64,000 nt of DNA from Bacteroidaceae bacterium (lineage in GTDB: Bacteria > Bacteroidota > Bacteroidia > Bacteroidales > Bacteroidaceae): contig JAFSWM010000103.1 in assembly GCA_017444485.1 (NCBI GenBank), positions 4,845 through 68,844 on the forward strand, given 5' to 3'. The notes under the pieces are model-generated. The model ran no database searches and was not told the DNA's origin. It saw nothing but the letters and a program-made list of their open reading frames with translations. The position numbers were made by a program, and so were the translations under genes. Below are positions 10,245-21,509 of this stretch, piece after piece (positions within the stretch are counted from its first letter, which is position 1; each line of letters starts with the position of its first letter).

Positions 10245-10634
10245 TTAGAAGGGCAGGTCGTCTTCTTCGTTTGCCGCAGGAGCAGCAGGTGAAGGAATGG
10301 CGGAGGCATCCGGAGCGGGAGTCTGGGCAGCGGCTGCAGCGGGGGCAGGAGTTACACCGACCTGCACACGATCAACCTTCCAAGCGCTGATGTCGTTAAA
10401 CCAGCGGCCTTGCCACTCGCGAGCATCAATGTCGAAGGATACGGTGAGTTCCTCGCCCACTTGTATGTTCATGTTCTTGATTTTGTCTTCGCCAAACACA
10501 CGGAAGCAGCAACGACGGGGGTACTGCTCGTGGGTTTCAAGTACGTACTCCTGAGACATCCAGTCGTTACCGGTGCGTTGGGACTTGCCCTTTCTCGGCT
10601 CGAGAACGGCAATGATTTTTCCTGTGATTTCCAT
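10245..10634 (-). CDS. DUF3127-family small OB-like protein with an SSB-like C-terminal tail
   Basis: 129 aa. MEITGKIIAVLEPRKGKSQRTGNDWMSQEYVLET... matches my memory of the Bacteroidota DUF3127 family. A Pro/Ala-rich linker ends in EEDDLPF. Confidence 0.7.
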   Translation of the reverse strand: MEITGKIIAVLEPRKGKSQRTGNDWMSQEYVLETHEQYPRRCCFRVFGEDKIKNMNIQVGEELTVSFDIDAREWQGRWFNDISAWKVDRVQVGVTPAPAAAAAQTPAPDASAIPSPAAPAANEEDDLPF

Positions 10635-10721
10635 AGTTTGTGTTATTGATGTTATTGAATATACAAAAATTTTGCCTGCAAGCCGACCAAGCCTGCTCGG
10701 ACGACGGAAGGGCGAATGGGA

Positions 10722-10994
10722 TTATTCCTCGATGAGCCCCTCCTTGAGCAATTGCTCCAACAGGGCGGCAGCATCGCGCTCTGCCACATCGCGCTCCACT
10801 TCATATTCCTCCACCAATGCATCGGCGGCGTCGGAAGCGGTGAAAGGCGCGTCGGCTGGCATCCGCTCCCAAATGAAAGCGGCTGTCTCGTTGAGGTTAA
10901 TCATCTTGCTGAAATCCAAGTTCTGTATGCCCTGGGCGATGATGAGTTTCTCGCCGCATACGTCGCGTAGTTCAAAACCAGGTTTCTTTTTCAT
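10722..10994 (-). CDS. PqqD-family protein (RiPP recognition element-like)
   Basis: 90 aa from the ATG at 10994. Typical PqqD pattern LNETAAFIWERM...ALVEEYEVERDVAERDAAALLEQLLKEGLIEE. Its start overlaps the stop of the upstream peptidase gene by 4 nt. Confidence 0.8.
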   Translation of the reverse strand: MKKKPGFELRDVCGEKLIIAQGIQNLDFSKMINLNETAAFIWERMPADAPFTASDAADALVEEYEVERDVAERDAAALLEQLLKEGLIEE

Positions 10995-11500
10995 AATGTA
11001 GGAGGTATCTTGTCGGTTGAAATATCTCTTATCTTCACGGGAAACAGACGCAACCACACCCTGCGATGGAGGGCGAGCAGATAACGCCTGACGGGTGCGA
11101 GCCACATCCACAGTCTGGAATAGGTGCGCCATTTCAGCCCAGTGACGAGGTCGGCCTTACGGCGACCTTTTCGGTAGAACCCCACTGCTGTGGCCACCAC
11201 GTCGCTCACCCTGCACGTCTCAATGCCCTTGGAGTTGCCATCGCCTTTCAGTACCAAGTCGTCCTCGTGACGGATGATGACACGGTGCAAGACATAATGC
11301 TTGGGGCTGACCTCGGCAAGCACCACGTCGCCACGCTGTATCTCACCGGGTAGCACCAGAGCCACACAGTCGCGCTCGTGCTCCAGGAAGGGGCGCATAC
11401 TATTCCCACGCACTCGAAAGGTGACAAATGGCTGTCCCTCTTCAAGGAAGGCACGGACCTGAGGCACAAACTTGTCGTTGGGCAGACTGACTACTTTCAT
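10991..11500 (-). CDS. S24/S26-family Ser/Lys peptidase (LexA / signal-peptidase fold)
   Basis: 169 aa. VRGNSMRPFL (GxSM nucleophile motif) and VLKGDGN (candidate general-base Lys region). The basic amphipathic C-terminus is not found in LexA. There is a 4-nt overlap with the kinase gene stop. Confidence 0.7.
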   Translation of the reverse strand: MKVVSLPNDKFVPQVRAFLEEGQPFVTFRVRGNSMRPFLEHERDCVALVLPGEIQRGDVVLAEVSPKHYVLHRVIIRHEDDLVLKGDGNSKGIETCRVSDVVATAVGFYRKGRRKADLVTGLKWRTYSRLWMWLAPVRRYLLALHRRVWLRLFPVKIRDISTDKIPPTL

Positions 11501-12399
11501 ACCGGGCGGCTGATGGTGTCGTGGGAGAGACGAACGGCAGCCTCATTGGGCAGATTGCGCAAGTGATAGACTGGTACACTTCCCACCATAGCGGTGCAGG
11601 TGTCGCAAATGCGAGAATAAGTAGGCTTGTCCCACATCATGGAACTGCACGAAGAGAGCACACTGGCAAAGGCCGTAATCACCGGCTCGCGGGATATGAG
11701 GTTCTCCTTCCATTGCTCCAAGCGTACGAACGCACCGACCGGAGCGCTCTCGTTGTGGTAGCAAGGCGTTTTCCCGCTCCAGGGCGTGCCGTAAACGGTG
11801 ACGCTACCATCATCGGCCACACGCACAGCAGGGTTGTCATCGTTGAGCAAGCGACTGCCGCGCAGGTGGCGTATCCACAATTGTGTGTGGGTGCTCTTTC
11901 CCGTACCGCTCTTCCCAAGAAAGAGGTAGGCTTTCTCATCGCGCGTCACGACGCTGGCGTGCATCAGCACCACGCGGTGGTAGGCGGCGCAGTAGGCGTA
12001 GCATATCATCAGCACATTGTTGAGTCCGAAGGGGCGATTCTTCATGTTCTCGGTCAGCGTGGCCTCCACCGAAGAAAAATCGCTGTTGGCACGCACCGCC
12101 GCCGCTATCTCGCCATCCACGCTGCGCAGTTGGAACTTATAACCTCCATCTGCCAAGCGATACACACCATGCACCGTTCCGCCAGTATCGAACTGCCCCA
12201 TTTCTTCTCCCTCTGGGTTATCGTCAACAAGCCCTGGTGCCACGCGGACGCGCATATCCGAATGCCCAGCATAGTCGGGCAGGTAGAAATTCTTGTACGA
12301 GGGAATGAGGCGGCGCGGGTTGTCCGCATCGTTATAGTCAAGCGTGAAGACGACACCCGCCACGCGAAACGACATTACCTTTGAAGATTGCTGCTCCAT
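11497..12399 (-). CDS. HPr kinase/phosphorylase-like P-loop protein (HprK-related kinase)
   Basis: 300 aa. Walker A motif LGKSGTGKSTHT sits in a C-terminal domain laid out like the HprK catalytic domain (MHASVV...LFLGKSGTGKST...LLNDD). I could not place the N-terminal ~140 aa in any family. Confidence 0.6.
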   Translation of the reverse strand: MEQQSSKVMSFRVAGVVFTLDYNDADNPRRLIPSYKNFYLPDYAGHSDMRVRVAPGLVDDNPEGEEMGQFDTGGTVHGVYRLADGGYKFQLRSVDGEIAAAVRANSDFSSVEATLTENMKNRPFGLNNVLMICYAYCAAYHRVVLMHASVVTRDEKAYLFLGKSGTGKSTHTQLWIRHLRGSRLLNDDNPAVRVADDGSVTVYGTPWSGKTPCYHNESAPVGAFVRLEQWKENLISREPVITAFASVLSSCSSMMWDKPTYSRICDTCTAMVGSVPVYHLRNLPNEAAVRLSHDTISRPV

Positions 12400-12411
12400 C
12401 TGTTTGCGAAA

Positions 12412-12840
12412 TTATTGCTGTGAGACGGCCCGAGGCGTATAGGACACGGCCCTGAAACGGAACGCATCGCCAGGCACCTCCTCTATCCGCAGCCCCTTAT
12501 TTTTTTGGAAACGACGCCTAAGCCGCAGGTATTGCTTCTCTACTTTGGAGCGACTTGTGTCAAAAAAGACGGCACACGTTTCGTTGGTCTTACCAGCGTT
12601 CACAAATAGATAGCGGCCCAGTTGGTCGCTATAAGCGTAGCGATTGAGCAAAAAGCCCTGGGAGCGTTCAAGTGGCACGGAATCTACCCGCTGTACGGCA
12701 GTCAGATAGACCGTACTGTCGGCAAAGTTTATGCCCGCCCCGAACATATACACCTCAGACAATCTCACACGCTGGGCACACGCTACAAAGGGCAAGGCGA
12801 GAAAGAACAGGAAAAATACGGGTTTTAACAATCGTTTCAT
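12412..12840 (-). CDS. Secreted basic hypothetical protein (first gene of the kinase/peptidase/PqqD operon)
   Basis: 142 aa. Signal peptide MKRLLKPVFFLFFLALPFVACAQ. Arg/Lys-rich mature part. 12-bp gap to the next gene. Confidence 0.6.
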   Translation of the reverse strand: MKRLLKPVFFLFFLALPFVACAQRVRLSEVYMFGAGINFADSTVYLTAVQRVDSVPLERSQGFLLNRYAYSDQLGRYLFVNAGKTNETCAVFFDTSRSKVEKQYLRLRRRFQKNKGLRIEEVPGDAFRFRAVSYTPRAVSQQ

Positions 12841-12864
12841 CGGCGGATGCGTTTATATTCGGCG

Positions 12865-12872
12865 CAAAATTA
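12865..12872 (-). promoter_or_regulatory. -7 promoter box (TAATTTTG on the minus strand) for the 12840-10722 operon
   Basis: The reverse complement of CAAAATTA matches TAnnTTTG and ends about 25 nt upstream of the ATG at 12840. Confidence 0.45.
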
Positions 12873-12925
12873 GCGTTTTTTTTGATATATCGCCATGCGC
12901 CCCACTACGTTCCGGCGATAATTGT

Positions 12926-12933
12926 TACTTTTG
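12926..12933 (+). promoter_or_regulatory. -7 promoter box (TACTTTTG) for the GH2 gene
   Basis: TAnnTTTG match about 100 nt upstream of the ATG at 13033, divergent from the box at 12865-12872. Confidence 0.4.
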
Positions 12934-13002
12934 CCCATCTGCTTTTCTACACACGCTCAGCGGAAATAGATAGTCTTTAAGCGTTGAAAAGCCATCTCTT
13001 GA

Positions 13003-17109
<4,107 letters not shown>

Positions 17110-17133
17110 CACAGCGCACCACTACCCCACCAT

Positions 17134-17178
17134 ACACGTGAAGCGCACCCTCGGTTGTTGAGGGTGCGCTTCACGTGT
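17134..17178. terminator. Bidirectional stem-loop terminator between convergent genes
   Basis: Perfect 19-bp inverted repeat ACACGTGAAGCGCACCCTC (17134-17152) / GAGGGTGCGCTTCACGTGT (17160-17178) with a 7-nt loop. It sits between the GH2 stop (17109) and the hemD-like stop (17200). Confidence 0.7.
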
Positions 17179-17199
17179 GTGGGCGGTATGTGGGTTGCT

Positions 17200-18465
17200 T
17201 TACTTCTTACCTGAAGAGCGCTTCTTCACGGTGACAGCAGCAGTCTTAGGCTTAGCCTTGGCGGCGGACAAGGCCACCTTCTTCGTGACGGTCTGAGGCT
17301 TTGCCTTCGATCCGTTCCCCTGCTTGCTACGCACGGCAATCTGAGCCTCTAAGTCGTCGAGTTCTGCACGAGCCTTATCGGCCTTTGACTGTGCTTCACG
17401 CATTTCACGACGGGCGCGTTCGGCCTCGCGCTGTGCACGCTCGTATTGGTGGCGCAGTTCTTCATAGTTCTTCTGCAGCCCATCAATTTGTTTCTTCAGA
17501 CTATCGGACTCGCGCTTCAGACTCTCAGCGCGGGCACGCACCTCTTCAGCACGTGTGCGACTTTCCTGTGCTGCCTCGGTATAACGTTGGAGATTCTCGG
17601 TCAAGGTCTGTTTCTGGCGCTTGGTCTCTGCTCCTTTCTTGGCAGCCACAGAGCGACGAAGTTTCAGTTCCTGCTCTGCAGAGGCTTCATTCGTGACGGA
17701 TTGCGGAGCAGTGGAGCGGTCGCGTCCGGCCTCTTCCTCCAAATATCGGGCTATTGCTCCAGTGATACTGGGCTGCTGGGGCAGAGGGGCTACCACGTCA
17801 ACACGCAAGCCTTTCTCCTCGGCTGCTATACGGGCGGCATTGCCCAATGTAGCGATGCGGAGGGTGCCTTGCTCAAAGCCAGGGTAGGAATTAACCAACG
17901 TCTCCACACCAGCTGCGGTGAAAAGCACCACCATGCCGTGGGCGGAAATTTCCACCTTTGTCACAGGGACGCTCTCGGTGCGGTACATCACGCAGTCAGT
18001 GTGGCGAAGCTTCTGCTCATCGAGTTTGCGGAAGAAACTGCCCTCGCTACTGTCGTTCTGAGGCACGAGAAATTTCTCACTCTTGTGCTTGGCCATGACG
18101 GGGACAAGGTCCTCGGGTTTGCCTGTGGGACCAAAAAATACTTTGCGCTTGCGATACTGTACGAACTTCTGGATGTACAATGCCACAGACTCGCTGGTGG
18201 CGAAGTACTTCATGGTCTCGGGCATCTTGACGCGCAGTTCTTCACAGAGTTTGAAAAAGTGGGTGATGGCATGCCGAGACGTGAATACGATGGCGGTGTG
18301 GGCCAGGATGTCCACGCGCTGCTTGCGGAAATCGTTCACGCTGACGCCTACCACTTTGATAAAGGGACGGAACGTGAACTCAACGCCGTACTTCTCCGCA
18401 ATCTCTGCATAGGGGGATTTCGGAGTGGCGGGTGCGGGCTGGGATACAAGAATTTTCTTTATCAT
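17200..18465 (-). CDS. Uroporphyrinogen-III synthase (HemD)-like domain fused to a coiled-coil and Lys/Ala-rich tail
   Basis: 422 aa from the ATG at 18465 (MIKKILVSQPAPATPKSPYAEIAEKYGVEFTFRPFIKV...), the typical start of Bacteroidales HemD-like proteins. The last ~173 aa are charged heptad-like sequence plus a KAKPK-type tail. Confidence 0.75.
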   Translation of the reverse strand: MIKKILVSQPAPATPKSPYAEIAEKYGVEFTFRPFIKVVGVSVNDFRKQRVDILAHTAIVFTSRHAITHFFKLCEELRVKMPETMKYFATSESVALYIQKFVQYRKRKVFFGPTGKPEDLVPVMAKHKSEKFLVPQNDSSEGSFFRKLDEQKLRHTDCVMYRTESVPVTKVEISAHGMVVLFTAAGVETLVNSYPGFEQGTLRIATLGNAARIAAEEKGLRVDVVAPLPQQPSITGAIARYLEEEAGRDRSTAPQSVTNEASAEQELKLRRSVAAKKGAETKRQKQTLTENLQRYTEAAQESRTRAEEVRARAESLKRESDSLKKQIDGLQKNYEELRHQYERAQREAERARREMREAQSKADKARAELDDLEAQIAVRSKQGNGSKAKPQTVTKKVALSAAKAKPKTAAVTVKKRSSGKK

Positions 18466-18515
18466 ATATATGGTTCTGTGTTCCTGTTTGAGGAGCATTG
18501 CTGGGCGGAGTCCGC

Positions 18516-19328
18516 TCATCGTGCCACCATCAGCCTCCATAAAGCAACCATGGGCACTATTTCGAGCGTGCAAAAGTACAAAAGGAGATGTAAGAACCCG
18601 CCGCGATATGTAAAAAATGTGCTATAACATTTCATAAAAAGAGATAATCTGCTAACTGCAACGACTAAAATCAAGGCTATGATGTAGACTGTAGGAGGGA
18701 GGACAAAAAAGACTTCTATCAATAGTATTGGCAAGAGTATCAGCCCCATAAGGAAGGCGCAACGTGTGCGCGCCTGCACCCACTGAGCGTGCTGCCAGCG
18801 GGTAAAGAAGACACTGTTGATAAATCGATAAAGCACGACACGCAGGAGATACCAACCTGCCGTTAGCCCAGCCCCACGAAGTAGCATACCGTACGGAGAA
18901 AAGTCTGCCGAAATGGTTGAGTTAGTGGCGCAAAATAAGCAAACATTGGCAAGGCTTATCAAAAGGCACAGATGAATGTACAAAATTCGGTTGTCGCCTA
19001 CACCCTCAATGTCGGCGTCGTCGGTGGGTATGGCAGGACGCGGCCACATGTCGTAAAGGAACGCGGCCCATGCGCGTACGATAAAGCCCCAAGCACGCAC
19101 CGATATCCATACTGTGGCAAAGACGCTGACCATGAGCAGTATGGTGACGGCGTCGTCGGTGCGGGGCGTCCACGGAACTAATTCGCCCGTTGAGACGGGC
19201 AGAGTCGTATGAGTGTATAGACTGTCTGTATTTTGTCCATCCACCTTCGTCCGCGCTACCATCGCGGCAGTATCTGCCCTGGAAAGGCTGTCTGCGGCCT
19301 TAACGGATGGGGAAAGTGGCGCTGGCAT
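18516..19328 (-). CDS. DUF4271-like multi-pass membrane protein
   Basis: Multiple TM segments. It sits immediately upstream of the HemD-like gene, as in other Bacteroidales from memory. The track ORF starts at a GTG (19400) that overlaps the LOG gene, so I prefer the ATG at 19328. The start is uncertain. Confidence 0.55.
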   Translation of the reverse strand: MPAPLSPSVKAADSLSRADTAAMVARTKVDGQNTDSLYTHTTLPVSTGELVPWTPRTDDAVTILLMVSVFATVWISVRAWGFIVRAWAAFLYDMWPRPAIPTDDADIEGVGDNRILYIHLCLLISLANVCLFCATNSTISADFSPYGMLLRGAGLTAGWYLLRVVLYRFINSVFFTRWQHAQWVQARTRCAFLMGLILLPILLIEVFFVLPPTVYIIALILVVAVSRLSLFMKCYSTFFTYRGGFLHLLLYFCTLEIVPMVALWRLMVAR

Positions 19329-19363
19329 GTTGGGGAGAAGGCTAAAAAAATGGCCGGATGGAA

Positions 19364-19939
19364 TTACATTGCGGCGAATTTGGTCAGGGCGGGATTCCAC
19401 TGCGGTGTTTGCTCACAAAGGGTGACAGCAGCGGCAGGATCTGCGGCGACGCACCATAGATCCTTATGAAGCGGGCGCATCAGGTGCTCATCTACGGCGC
19501 GAGAGAGTTGTTGCAAAAGAGGCTCAAAATACCCGCCCACATTCAGCACCACAATGGGGTTGGGAAAAAGACCAAGTTGCTTCCAGGTGATGATCTCCAA
19601 CAATTCCTCAAGGGTACCCACACCGCCAGGCAAAGCGATGCAGGCGTCAGCGAGTTCGGCCATCTTCTCCTTGCGGCTATGCATATCGGGAGTGACAATG
19701 AGGCGCGTCATTCTGCTGTGCTGCCACCCGTGATCGATCATAAACTGCGGAATCACGCCTATAGCCTTTCCACCTGCCGCGAGTGCTCCATCAGTGGCAG
19801 CGGCCATCAACCCCGTGCGGCCCGCTCCGTTAATGAGCGTGTGGCCCCGCTGGGCGATAACTGCGCCGAGGGTACGCGCGGCGGTTGAAAAAGCATCAGA
19901 AACCAGGCCGCTTGAGGCAGCGTAAACGCAGATATTCAT
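19364..19939 (-). CDS. LOG-family (TIGR00730-type) nucleotide phosphoribohydrolase
   Basis: 191 aa. Motifs INGAGRTGLM and ALPGGVGTLEELLE (PGGxGTxxE). Confidence 0.8.
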   Translation of the reverse strand: MNICVYAASSGLVSDAFSTAARTLGAVIAQRGHTLINGAGRTGLMAAATDGALAAGGKAIGVIPQFMIDHGWQHSRMTRLIVTPDMHSRKEKMAELADACIALPGGVGTLEELLEIITWKQLGLFPNPIVVLNVGGYFEPLLQQLSRAVDEHLMRPLHKDLWCVAADPAAAVTLCEQTPQWNPALTKFAAM

Positions 19940-19942
19940 TGA

Positions 19943-21226
19943 TCAGAGATTAAATGCGGCCTTTATCTCTTCCACACGATCGAGTTTTTCCCACGTGAAG
20001 AGTTCCACGATCCTGGTAACGGCTTTGGCTCCCTCGCCAAAGGTTTTACTGACCTTCTGCGGCGTGCGCCCCATGTGGCCATAAGCAGCCGTCTCGGAAT
20101 AGATGGGCTGGCGCAAGCACAAGTCGCGCTCTATGGCATGCGGACGCAAATCAAAGTGCTTCTTCACCCAAGCGGCTATCTCCCCATCGGAAAGAGAGAC
20201 GTGACTGCGACCATAAGTGTTCACATAGACACTGATGGGTTCTGCCACACCGATAGCGTAGGACAATTGCACAAGCATCTCGTCGGCCACACCCGCAGCC
20301 ACCATGTTTTTGGCGATGTGACGGGCGGCATAGGCTGCGCTGCGGTCCACCTTACTGGGGTCTTTGCCACTGAAGGCACCGCCGCCATGAGCACCGCAAC
20401 CACCATAGGTGTCCACGATGATTTTGCGACCTGTAAGGCCTGTGTCGCCCGCCGGACCGCCGATGACAAACTTGCCCGTGGGATTAACATGGTAGTTGAT
20501 ATTACCACGCTCAAACAGTGCACGTACCTCAGGCGTGTGGACACGTTCGGCCATCACACGAGGGATGAGTACGTTTTTCACATCCTCGCGAATACGCTCC
20601 AGCATACGGCGGTCGGCCTCCTCTTGGCTGATGCCATCGGCGGGAATGAACTCGTCGTGCTGTGTGGAGATGACGATGGTGTCAATGCGCTGGGCATGGT
20701 GGTCATCATCGTATTCCACGGTGACTTGGCTCTTGCTGTCGGGGCGAAGATAGGTCATTTGCTTCCCCTCGCGCCGTATCTCAGCAAGGACCTCCATGAG
20801 GTCGTGAGCCAAGGCAAGGGGCAGGGGCATCAGTTGCTCAGTCTCGTTGTTGGCGTACCCGAACATCATGCCTTGGTCGCCCGCGCCCTGCTGCTCGGGG
20901 TCATTGCGCTCTACGCCTCGGTTGATATCGGGAGACTGTTCGTGGATGGCGGAAAGGACGCCGCAAGAGTCGGCACTGAAAAGGTAGTCGTCCTTGGTAT
21001 AACCGATGCGGCGGATTGTTTTGCGGGCCACAGCGGGAAGGTCCACATAGGCTTCGCTTTTCACTTCGCCAGCAATTATCACCTGCCCAGTGGTGACAAG
21101 CGTTTCGCACGCCACCTTGGACTGGGCGTCTTGGGCCAGGAATTCGTCTAATATGGCATCGCTAATTTGGTCGGCTACTTTGTCGGGGTGTCCTTCCGAC
21201 ACGGATTCTGAAGTAAAGAGATACAT
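19943..21226 (-). CDS. metK: S-adenosylmethionine synthetase
   Basis: Motifs [49 protein letters not shown]. Start set at the ATG at 21226 (MYLFTSESV); the track ORF extends 17 codons further into the leader terminator. Confidence 0.93.
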   Translation of the reverse strand: MYLFTSESVSEGHPDKVADQISDAILDEFLAQDAQSKVACETLVTTGQVIIAGEVKSEAYVDLPAVARKTIRRIGYTKDDYLFSADSCGVLSAIHEQSPDINRGVERNDPEQQGAGDQGMMFGYANNETEQLMPLPLALAHDLMEVLAEIRREGKQMTYLRPDSKSQVTVEYDDDHHAQRIDTIVISTQHDEFIPADGISQEEADRRMLERIREDVKNVLIPRVMAERVHTPEVRALFERGNINYHVNPTGKFVIGGPAGDTGLTGRKIIVDTYGGCGAHGGGAFSGKDPSKVDRSAAYAARHIAKNMVAAGVADEMLVQLSYAIGVAEPISVYVNTYGRSHVSLSDGEIAAWVKKHFDLRPHAIERDLCLRQPIYSETAAYGHMGRTPQKVSKTFGEGAKAVTRIVELFTWEKLDRVEEIKAAFNL

Positions 21227-21245
21227 GACGCTTTTATATAATAAT

Positions 21246-21280
21246 GAAAAAGGAACGGCAGACGAAGAGTCGGCCATTCC
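21246..21280 (-). terminator. Intrinsic terminator/attenuator inside the metK leader
   Basis: The minus-strand RNA reads GGAAUGGCCG-ACUCUUCGUCU-GCCGUUCC followed by UUUUUC. The 8-bp stem includes one G-U pair. It lies only about 20 nt upstream of the metK ATG, so it cannot be a normal upstream-gene terminator that leaves room for a promoter. Confidence 0.6.
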
Positions 21281-21338
21281 TTTTGTACGGTGTGTCTAAA
21301 ACATTTGTGCAAGGCATGCGTACCTTCTTGTCAGCCAA

Positions 21339-21384
21339 GTTTTAGCATTTTTTACCGTGGTTGCAAGCAGCCAAATCTGTCCAC
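21339..21384 (-). promoter_or_regulatory. Candidate SAM-II/SAM-V-class riboswitch aptamer in the metK leader
   Basis: Minus-strand RNA: GUGGACAGAUUUGGCUGCUUGCAACCACGGUAAAAAAUGCUAAAAC. A GUGG/CCAC stem closes a loop containing AUUUGGC, and that loop can pair with the 3' GCUAAA tail to form an H-type pseudoknot. The UUGCA and A-rich/GCUAAA signatures resemble my memory of the SAM-II consensus. No covariance model was run. Confidence 0.4.
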
Positions 21385-21402
21385 TGTTGTATGTTTACGG
21401 TG

Positions 21403-21410
21403 CAAAGATA
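21403..21410 (-). promoter_or_regulatory. -7 promoter box (TATCTTTG on the minus strand) for metK
   Basis: The reverse complement of CAAAGATA matches TAnnTTTG. It predicts a leader of about 170 nt that contains the aptamer candidate and the terminator. Confidence 0.45.
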
Positions 21411-21509
21411 AGCCATTTCAAGCGCAGAAGAGGCGTACGCGCCTATTTTTATCTCCTTATTCACTCCGGCTGCAAGAGGATGACCACTTGGGTTGGCGAA
21501 ATGCTGGTT

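Noticed and set aside
11497-12399. Annotating the P-loop protein as a genuine HPr kinase/phosphorylase (hprK).
   Set aside because: It lacks the typical HprK N-terminal domain and signature context, it is operonic with PqqD and an S24 peptidase, and no HPr/PTS genes are nearby. It is called HprK-like only.
19364-19939. Whether the LOG-family protein is part of a nucleotide-based defence system.
   Set aside because: It is a stand-alone housekeeping-type TIGR00730 protein between metK and a DUF4271 gene, with no associated effector, sensor or cyclase genes.
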